Shown here: one piece after another, positions 56,956-64,000 of the stretch | How the letters are laid out: every line of letters begins with the position of its first letter | Position numbering within the stretch: position 1 is the stretch's first letter | DNA from: an uncultured Gemmatimonadales bacterium | GTDB taxonomy: Bacteria; Gemmatimonadota; Gemmatimonadetes; Gemmatimonadales; GWC2-71-9 | NCBI GenBank assembly: GCA_963730185.1 | Contig: CAVSQW010000012.1 | Span: forward strand, 160,001-224,000 | Direction of reading: 5' to 3' | DNA length: 64,000 nucleotides | The notes under the pieces: generated by a model | Database searches by the model: none | What the model saw: only the letters and a program-made list of their open reading frames with translations | What the model was told of the DNA's origin: nothing | Made by a program: the position numbers and the translations under genes

Positions 56956-59757
56956 TCAGCCGAGGTTACGGCGGTGGAGGGCTTCCTGGACCACCCGGAG
57001 CGCGCCCGGCCGGACGCGAAAGCCCGGCCGGATCGGATCGGGCTCGATGATCTCCCGGGCCAGCAGATCGTCGAGCTCGGCCCGGCTCGCGGCTCGGGTC
57101 CACTGGAAAACCGTGGCGTGCTCGTCCGCGGTCAGGCTGCCGTGCTGCATGATGGCCACCAGAGTGAAGAGGTCGTCCTGGTCCATCCCGGCGATCACCG
57201 CGCCGATATCCGGCGCCGAGATGGCTTTCATCACCAGGGTGCCCGCCTCGACGGCCTCGATCTGTCCCAGCCAGATCTCGAAGGCGGTCCGGAACACGCC
57301 GGCGGATTCCCGGGCCAGCCGGGCGAAGAAGATCTCCTCGGGGTCGCCGGCCCGTTTGAGCCGGCGGCGCAGGGCCGCCCCGATCGAGCGGTCGGCCAGG
57401 GCCGGCGTGAACCGGAGCCGGAGTCCCGAGAGGTTGTGCCGGACCAGGATGGCCTGGCGGATCGCGGCCGCCGGTGTCATCGCGACGTCGATCCGGTGGG
57501 AGAAGAGGTCGCCCAGCCGGACCGCCGCGTCGAGCAGCCGGAACGCCTGCTGGTTGGTCACCAGGACCCAGAGCGTGCTCCCCGAGGTGGCGGCGATGAT
57601 CCGCTCCAGCTCCCGGACGCCGTCGAACCCGCCCACCGAACGGAGGAAGGCCCGTTCCATCTCCTCCAACACCAGCACCCGGCGGGTGCCGCTCATCTCC
57701 GCTTCGAGCCGGGCCGGATCGCCCACCCCGAGGAGCTCGGCCAGAAACGAGCGCACCCCCGCCGGCGATGCCAGCCGACCGTTGAGCTCACCCCGGACCA
57801 CGTCGAGCCCGGCGAGCGGCCGCTGGAGAGCGCAGTTGATCAGGCTGGTCTTGCCGCTCCCCCGCTCGCCCACCACCAGGATCGCGACCGGCCGGTCGGC
57901 CTCCCAGAGCGTTCGGGCCTCGGCCAGGGCCCGCATCTCCAGGTCGCGACCCACCAGAAAGCGGGGATCGTCCACCGCGTCGATCCGGAACAGCCGGCGA
58001 TAGATGGCCGGAAGCTCCTTCTCGCGCGGGTCGAGGATGAACTCGCGGGGCAGATAGGCCCGCCGGACGACGTCGGTCGCCTCGCCGGTCTCCTCGGGCA
58101 TCCACTCGATCGCGATCAGAAAGCGGCGATAGAGGGCGCCCAGCCCCTGGCGCCCGAGCCGGAGACCCTGCCTCGCCCCCGCGACCACCGCCGCCGTCCC
58201 GGCCACGACGGCCTGCCGGAGCCCCAGCCGGCCCAGGTGCGCGAACACGCCGAGCCGGCTCCGGCTCAGCAGGAGTCGGTTCTCGTGGAAGAGCCCGGCC
58301 AGCGTCCTGGCGATCCGCTCCCGCTCGCCGACCAGCTCCGCCGGCACGGTTTGCCGCTCCACCTCGAGGAGGGAGCGGGCATTCTCCAGCGCCTCGCGGG
58401 CCACCGACGCATCGGGGGCGTCCGACGCGCCCCGGTCCACGCCGGCGCCGAATTCCACCACCTGCCGGGCCCGCTCGATCTGCTGGAGCAGGCTCACGTC
58501 GACCGCCTCGGCGTCGGTGAACAACCGTTCCAGCCCGGCCCGCCCGGCCTCGTCGAAGGCCTCGCGGGCCATCCGCCGGGGCTCGAGCACCCGCCAGGGG
58601 ATCTTCCGGAACGGCGCTTCCTCGAGCCGACGGAGGACCCGGACCTCGGCCGGCATCGCGTCGACCAGCGAGTTGGCGCCCGACGCCAGGTCGTTCAGGC
58701 GGCTCAGCGCCGGCACCACTTCGGGCACCGGCCGGGGTGGGGTCTGGTCGTCACCGGCCAGCGAGGCGCGGAGCCACCCCAGGAAGGCATCCATCCCCTC
58801 GAGCAGACCCCGTCGCTCCGTCTCGAGCGCGCCCGCGGCCCGCTCGCCCTGCGCCAGCATCCCGCGCTCCAGCTGGTCGATCGCGGCCTCCAGCCGAAGC
58901 TCCGCCTCGACCGACCCGAGTTGGGCCGACCAGTGCTCGAAGTGACGGGTTCGATCCGACCGCTTGGCGCGGGGTGTCCGGCCCCAGGCCACCGCGACCG
59001 CGATCCGCCGCTCGACCACGCCGGCCACCATCCGGCACCAGTCGCCCAAGTCGCCCAGCGCCGCGGCGACCTCCCGATCGAGCTCCTCGAGAGTCGGGAT
59101 CGGCTCGCCCTCGATGGGACGAATCGTAGGCTCGCGCACCCCGGCGTCGAGCCCGTCGCGGACCCGATCCCAGTGTCGCCGCACCAGCTGCGCGGCCCGG
59201 GTGAACGCCATCGCGCACCGATCCTCGACGTCGAGCTGGCGGGGCTCCGAGCGGTGAAGTCCATCGGCGACCAACGCCTGGAGAGCCACCGAGCGGGGCG
59301 CCTTCCGCCAGCCGACCACTCGTCCGCTCAATCCCCGGAGTGCCGGCGGGGTCAGGACGCCTCCCACCTCGGGTCCGCGGGTCATGAGTCGGGTGGGAAG
59401 CCGCCGGATCAGGTCGTCCAGGCCCCGGTGATAGCCCTCCATGGCGAGAATCGTCCGGCGGAGCGGACCGAGGCGCTCCCAGCGGGCGACCGCCTCCTGG
59501 AACGCCCGGCGGCTGGCATCCTCCCGCTCCCGGATGAACCGGGCGAGGACCGAGCCCGTCCCGTCGGCGGTCGGGGCCGGCGCCGCCTGCTGCTCCTCCA
59601 GAATCAGCCGGAGGCGCCGCCAGCTCTCCGCCAGCTCGCGCTCGAGCAGGGCATGCAGGGAGCCGAGCCCGGCGGTGAACTGCGACCACTCGCGGGCGAA
59701 CTCCGACGGGGACGGCGGGGTCTCGGACGAATCGGCCATCGACTCCGGGAGGGTCAT
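56956..59757 (-). CDS. Large helical protein with C-terminal P-loop (AAA/STAND-like) ATPase
   Basis: FLVGR, Walker [10 protein letters not shown] and Walker B VLVLEEME; probable winged-helix end; ~600-aa helical N-terminus. Confidence 0.7.
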   Translation of the reverse strand: MTLPESMADSSETPPSPSEFAREWSQFTAGLGSLHALLERELAESWRRLRLILEEQQAAPAPTADGTGSVLARFIREREDASRRAFQEAVARWERLGPLRRTILAMEGYHRGLDDLIRRLPTRLMTRGPEVGGVLTPPALRGLSGRVVGWRKAPRSVALQALVADGLHRSEPRQLDVEDRCAMAFTRAAQLVRRHWDRVRDGLDAGVREPTIRPIEGEPIPTLEELDREVAAALGDLGDWCRMVAGVVERRIAVAVAWGRTPRAKRSDRTRHFEHWSAQLGSVEAELRLEAAIDQLERGMLAQGERAAGALETERRGLLEGMDAFLGWLRASLAGDDQTPPRPVPEVVPALSRLNDLASGANSLVDAMPAEVRVLRRLEEAPFRKIPWRVLEPRRMAREAFDEAGRAGLERLFTDAEAVDVSLLQQIERARQVVEFGAGVDRGASDAPDASVAREALENARSLLEVERQTVPAELVGERERIARTLAGLFHENRLLLSRSRLGVFAHLGRLGLRQAVVAGTAAVVAGARQGLRLGRQGLGALYRRFLIAIEWMPEETGEATDVVRRAYLPREFILDPREKELPAIYRRLFRIDAVDDPRFLVGRDLEMRALAEARTLWEADRPVAILVVGERGSGKTSLINCALQRPLAGLDVVRGELNGRLASPAGVRSFLAELLGVGDPARLEAEMSGTRRVLVLEEMERAFLRSVGGFDGVRELERIIAATSGSTLWVLVTNQQAFRLLDAAVRLGDLFSHRIDVAMTPAAAIRQAILVRHNLSGLRLRFTPALADRSIGAALRRRLKRAGDPEEIFFARLARESAGVFRTAFEIWLGQIEAVEAGTLVMKAISAPDIGAVIAGMDQDDLFTLVAIMQHGSLTADEHATVFQWTRAASRAELDDLLAREIIEPDPIRPGFRVRPGALRVVQEALHRRNLG

Positions 59758-59768
59758 GGGGTCGGAAG

Positions 59769-61115
59769 CTATGGGCGGGAGCGAGCCGGCTCAACCTGGC
59801 GGCGCCCGGTCGAGGTTTCGTCCTTGACGACCCGGCCACCCTGCATCACGAACGGGATCGACGCCAACCGATCCAGGTCGGCCCAGTCCGATCCTGGAAC
59901 GGCGACCAGGTCCGCCAGCTTGCCCGGCGCGATCGACCCCACTCGCTCGGCCCAGCCCATCAGCCGGGCCGCCTCGATCGTGGCCGATCGAATGGCCTGC
60001 ATCGGCGTCATGCCGTACCGAACCATGTAAGGGAGCTGGCGGGCGTTCCAGCCGTGGGGATAGACACCGGCGTCGGTCCCGTACGCGATCTTGAGGCCCG
60101 CCTGGACCGCCTTCCGGAAGGCTTCCCGCTGGGTCTCGGTCGTCTCGTCGTTCTTACGGAGCGTCTCAGCCGGCCAGCCGTCGCGCCGGCCCTGCGCGGC
60201 GATGTAGTCGCCGTTGTAGATGTCGGCCACCAGCCAGGTGCCGTGGGCCTTCATCGAGGCGATGCCGGCGTCGTCGAGAAGCGAGCCGTGCTCGATGGCC
60301 CGAACCCCGGCCCGGACGGCGTTCGCGATGCCCTCGGCGCCGTGCGCGTGGGCGGTGACGTAGGTGCCCCGCGCCGCGGCGACCTCGACCGCCGCGCGGA
60401 TCTCCGCCTCGGTGAGCTCCGGCTCGCCCGGCTCGGTGCCGACGGTGAGCACCGCGCCGGTGGCGATGACCTTGATGAAGTCGGCCCCGCCGTCGAGGAT
60501 CGCCGCGACTCGCTCGCGGGTCTCGGCCGGATTCCGCACCACGCCGAACCGCATCTCCGCCGGCACCGCGACGGTGGTGTCGCCCGTGACTTCGCCGCCC
60601 CCGCCCGGCACGGTGACGTAGGCCCCGGCCACGCTCATTCGTGGTCCGGGCACGAGCCCTTTGTCGATCGCGTTCCGGAGCGCCACGTCGATGAAGGCCC
60701 GGTAGGTGCCGACGTCGCGCACCGTGGTGAACCCGGCCATCAGGGTGGCCCGGGCGTTGGCCGCGCCGAGCAGCGCGTCGTCCGCGGCGGAGGCGTGGAG
60801 GGGCGCCAGCGGGTCGGCCGCCTGAATGTCGCCGACCAGATGGGTGTGGACGTCGATCAGACCGGGATACACCGTCGCCCCGGAGAGATCGATGACCCGG
60901 GCCCCGGCCGGCGGCGCGGCCGAGCCGGGGAGCACGGCCGTGATCCGCTCGCCCCGGACCACGATCCACCGATCGGACAGTACCCGGCCCTGCTCCACAT
61001 CGACCAACCGGCCGGCCCGGAGCGCGACCACTTGAGCCCGGGCCGGCCGGGCCACCAGGAGGGCCGCGAGCGCCAGGCCGAGTCGGGGGACGAGGACGTG
61101 GAGCGGGGCGGGCAT
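59769..61115 (-). CDS. Secreted metal-dependent amidohydrolase (Xaa-Pro dipeptidase-like)
   Basis: PGLIDVHTH, GFTTVRDVG, GADFIKVIATG, AHAHG, IEHG, GTDAGVYPHG and GKLADLVAV. Confidence 0.88.
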   Translation of the reverse strand: MPAPLHVLVPRLGLALAALLVARPARAQVVALRAGRLVDVEQGRVLSDRWIVVRGERITAVLPGSAAPPAGARVIDLSGATVYPGLIDVHTHLVGDIQAADPLAPLHASAADDALLGAANARATLMAGFTTVRDVGTYRAFIDVALRNAIDKGLVPGPRMSVAGAYVTVPGGGGEVTGDTTVAVPAEMRFGVVRNPAETRERVAAILDGGADFIKVIATGAVLTVGTEPGEPELTEAEIRAAVEVAAARGTYVTAHAHGAEGIANAVRAGVRAIEHGSLLDDAGIASMKAHGTWLVADIYNGDYIAAQGRRDGWPAETLRKNDETTETQREAFRKAVQAGLKIAYGTDAGVYPHGWNARQLPYMVRYGMTPMQAIRSATIEAARLMGWAERVGSIAPGKLADLVAVPGSDWADLDRLASIPFVMQGGRVVKDETSTGRRQVEPARSRP

Positions 61116-61132
61116 CGCGCGCCAGCCGACGC

Positions 61133-62002
61133 CTAACGTCGGAGCAGAGGGCGGGTCAGGCAGGTCGGGCCGCCCTCCGCCTTGAACGAGATCTCCCGCC
61201 CCCGATAGGTCCTGACCCGGCAGCCGGCCGCTTCCAGCAAAGCCCGGGTCGCCGGGTTCTCCTCCAGCATGAGGCAGTCCCGCGGCCCCAGCGCCAGCAC
61301 GTTGCTGGCCTGGGTCGGAAACTCGTCGAGCGGGACCGGCACCAGCCCAACGCCCCGGTGCCGAAGCTCCTGGTGAAACGGAACCGGCAGGAGATCGAGG
61401 CGGACCACGGCGAGATCCTCGTCGAGCAGGCTGATCAGCGACTTGAGGTGGAGACAGGCATCGGGACCATCGCCGTACGGGAGCGGGACCGGCAGGATCG
61501 CGACCTCCGGGCCCAGGAGCTCGCCCAGCTGGCGGACCCCTTCGGCGTTGGTCCGGAAGCCGAGCCCCACGGCCAAGGTGTGCTCGTCGAGCCAGAGCGT
61601 ATCCCCCGCTTCGAGACTCGCGGCGCCCCCGAGCCGACCCAGGACCGCGACCCCGGCCGACTCGAGGGCGACACCCAGGGCCTCCGGCTCGGGCGCCCGA
61701 AGCGGCTTGCCCATCCGGAGCAGGACCGCGCCGCGATCGGTGATCAGGGCCGGATCGTAGACGTAGATGGCATCCGCCAGCCCCGCCAGCGGCGCGTCGT
61801 GGCGGACCACCTCGGCGCCCGCCTCCTCCAGCACGGCCACGAGCGCGTCGTGCTCCCGCCGGGCCCGCTCGAGGTCGGGCCGGCCGCGGTAGTGCCAGGC
61901 GAGCGGGTCGGCCGCCCCGAAGGCTTCGTCGGGGCGGCGGACCAGCACCCGGCGGAGCGGCAGGTACTCGCTCTGCCCTCCGTAGCCGGCCTCGCCGGTC
62001 AT
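61133..62002 (-). CDS. Amidinotransferase/arginine deiminase/DDAH family protein
   Basis: C-terminal part of ORF 61133..63784: DAIYVYDP, LEAGD, RTNAEG, CLHLKS and GGPTCLTRPL (catalytic Cys). ATG 62002 overlaps the upstream stop. Confidence 0.85.
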   Translation of the reverse strand: MTGEAGYGGQSEYLPLRRVLVRRPDEAFGAADPLAWHYRGRPDLERARREHDALVAVLEEAGAEVVRHDAPLAGLADAIYVYDPALITDRGAVLLRMGKPLRAPEPEALGVALESAGVAVLGRLGGAASLEAGDTLWLDEHTLAVGLGFRTNAEGVRQLGELLGPEVAILPVPLPYGDGPDACLHLKSLISLLDEDLAVVRLDLLPVPFHQELRHRGVGLVPVPLDEFPTQASNVLALGPRDCLMLEENPATRALLEAAGCRVRTYRGREISFKAEGGPTCLTRPLLRR

Positions 62003-64000
62003 CGGTCCTCCCGGGCCAGAGCCTCGAACCGCGCCTTGGCCGCCCTCATCTGAGCCAGCACCCGATCCCGCTCGGCCGGACTGTTCCAGCCGGGATGGGC
62101 ACTGGCCGCCTGCTCCAGCCGGTCGATCCAGGCGATGAAGTACCGGGCGTCGGCGGCCGAGCGGATCGGCCGGTCGCCGAGGGTGAGGTAGATCGGACTG
62201 GTGGTGGCGAAGGGGTAGAGATCGAGGGTCGGGTGCTGGGAATGCCGAGAGAAGGCCCGCAGAGTGAACCAGGCGCTCTCGGTGATCGGCAACGAAAAGC
62301 GGGCGTCCGCCCGGGTCCCGCCGCCCTCGACCGGGATCGACTTCACCACCCGTCCGTTGCTCACGATCTGGAGCGAGTCGACCGCCACGACGGACCGCAT
62401 CCAGACCGTGGCGGCGAGCGTCGTGGCAGCGGGCAGGTGCAGGCTGTCGCCCGGATCGAGATTGCCGAGGGTCAAGCCCAAGAGCGGGCCGTTGGTGGCA
62501 AAGGTATGGCCGGCCCGCAGGGCGTCGAGCCACTCGTGGTAGTCGAGCCGGGACCCGCTCTTCACGAACACCCGCCCCAGGCCGACCGGTCCCCGGAGCG
62601 AAGCGAAGTTGGCCATCGCGTCGGTCCCGGCCCCGGTCGGCATCCGGATCCCGGTGTTGAGCAGCCGGTACCAGACGGTGGCGGTGGAGAAGTGGTCGCT
62701 GAAGCCGACCACCTCGATGTAGTCCACCTTGCCCAGGGCGGCGTCGACCGGAAATTCGTCGGTGAGCGGCTCGCTCGACGCCGGGTCGGGCACGCTCTCG
62801 AACGGATGCACGTACCCCGAGAGGCCGCCCTGATCGTGAGTCAAGTCGGCGATCGCGGCGTTGGTGGGATAGAGGCTCGCCGCCGCCGTATTCACGTAGC
62901 CGGCGTAGTTGGGCTGCATGAAATACCGGGTCAGGCCGATCTGGCCGGTGTGCCCCCAGTACGAGGTGTGGTACTCCTCGTCGTGCTTGATCAGGGTCCG
63001 GCCCGGCACCGAGACCGGGTCGAGCCGCCCGCTGAAGTACCCGATGTCGGGGATCCGGGCCTCCTTGTTGACCACCAGATTCTCCACTACGTGGAGATCC
63101 TCGGCCTCGGCCTGGAGGCGAAGGTGGGCCGGGGTGTTCCGGTAGGTCCCGCCGTAGTTCATGTGGACGTGGAGGTCGCCGCTCCACCAGCCCTGGGCCG
63201 GCAGGTTGGCCAGCCGGGTCAGGGCGAAGGTGCGGCGCACCGGCGTGTCGGTCACGGTGAGGGTATCGACCTGGCGGGCATACTCGTAGCCCTTGGTCGC
63301 CTCGACGACGTAGCGGCCCGGGGGCAGGTCCACTCGCGCCTGGCGGACGACGTCGAAGTAGGTGAACTCGTAGCGGCGCTCGGTCCGGTCGAACCCGTCG
63401 TCGGCGGACATCCAGGCATCGCGCGGCCCGTACGCCCGGCCGCCCAGCGCCATCACCGAGACCCGCGCCGTGGCGCCCTGCCCCAACGAATCGGTGACCG
63501 TGAGGTCGAGCGTTTGCCGGGGGCGCTTCCAGTGAAGCCCGGTCGGCTCGACCGGGGTGATCGCGCCCCCGGGAACCTGGATGATCCGGAGCGCGGTGTT
63601 GCCGCCTTCGTTGGTCACGTAGACGATCCGGGTGCCGTCCGGCGACCACCGGGGGGCGGTGTTGTCGAAGTCGCCGTAGGTCAGCTCGAACGGGTCGCCG
63701 CCCTCGCTGGTCATCAGGAAGAGCTGGTTCCACTGGCGGCCCAGATAGGAGCTGTAGACGACCCGCTTGCCGTCGCGAGACCAATCGGGCCGGGCCTTCC
63801 AGGTCGTCTCCTCGTACCAGATCTGGTGGAGCTCGGCCCCGGGCCGGGCCTCCATCCGCCAGAACCCGCCGGTGCCCCAGATCCGGCCCCGGTTGGACAC
63901 CAGGATCAGCTCCTTCCCATCGGGCGACCAGGTGGGCGAGAGATAGTGATCCCAGGGGCTGTAGTAGTAGCGGGGCAGCTTGCTGTCGACGTCCGGCGTG
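61999..64000 (-). CDS. TolB/PD40-repeat plus PHP metallohydrolase (CehA/McbA-like); 5' end outside the window
   Basis: PTWSPDGK, PDWSRDGK and PRWSPDG repeats; GDLHVH, YWGH, YVHP, GTDA and GHTFATNGP. The frame stays open to the window edge. Confidence 0.8.
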   Translation of the reverse strand, partial: TPDVDSKLPRYYYSPWDHYLSPTWSPDGKELILVSNRGRIWGTGGFWRMEARPGAELHQIWYEETTWKARPDWSRDGKRVVYSSYLGRQWNQLFLMTSEGGDPFELTYGDFDNTAPRWSPDGTRIVYVTNEGGNTALRIIQVPGGAITPVEPTGLHWKRPRQTLDLTVTDSLGQGATARVSVMALGGRAYGPRDAWMSADDGFDRTERRYEFTYFDVVRQARVDLPPGRYVVEATKGYEYARQVDTLTVTDTPVRRTFALTRLANLPAQGWWSGDLHVHMNYGGTYRNTPAHLRLQAEAEDLHVVENLVVNKEARIPDIGYFSGRLDPVSVPGRTLIKHDEEYHTSYWGHTGQIGLTRYFMQPNYAGYVNTAAASLYPTNAAIADLTHDQGGLSGYVHPFESVPDPASSEPLTDEFPVDAALGKVDYIEVVGFSDHFSTATVWYRLLNTGIRMPTGAGTDAMANFASLRGPVGLGRVFVKSGSRLDYHEWLDALRAGHTFATNGPLLGLTLGNLDPGDSLHLPAATTLAATVWMRSVVAVDSLQIVSNGRVVKSIPVEGGGTRADARFSLPITESAWFTLRAFSRHSQHPTLDLYPFATTSPIYLTLGDRPIRSAADARYFIAWIDRLEQAASAHPGWNSPAERDRVLAQMRAAKARFEALAREDR

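Overview
High-GC bacterial DNA. The SusC/SusD pair, the Hanks kinase with TolB-N/TPR domains and the many secreted propeller and amidohydrolase genes suggest Gemmatimonadota (inference). Scattered single-base frameshifts in otherwise intact genes look like long-read assembly errors. Layout: (1) ~1-25.8 kb, a large alpha-glucan/maltodextrin utilisation locus (MFS and SSS transporters, four GH13s, GH97, GH77 MalQ, SusC/SusD) that also carries GH53, GH2 and an unassigned clan GH-A enzyme. (2) A ~180-bp REP-like hairpin at 25.9 kb. (3) An HlyD/ABC/TetR efflux operon, an SRPBCC-ArsR pair, a dipeptidase, lipoproteins, a DNA-repair-type radical SAM gene with a candidate LexA box, an amidohydrolase and mmsA. 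(4) The standout, at 41.0-48.7 kb, is an apparently hybrid RiPP cluster. It has a fused E1-YcaO cyclodehydratase, a SagB-type azoline dehydrogenase, a stand-alone LanD/EpiD-type cysteine decarboxylase, a signal-less S8 protease and a flavin amine oxidase. Its 121-aa NHLP-type precursor has a histone-H1-like basic tail, no double-Gly motif and a C-terminus AQFTATLVC. A Ser/Thr kinase overlaps the YcaO start. (5) A BNR/VPS10 hydrolase, MscS with a large P-loop ATPase, an amidohydrolase, an amidinotransferase and a partial TolB-PHP (CehA/McbA-like) gene. I saw no rRNA, tRNA, CRISPR array or transposase. All calls come from motif recognition only; no searches were run.
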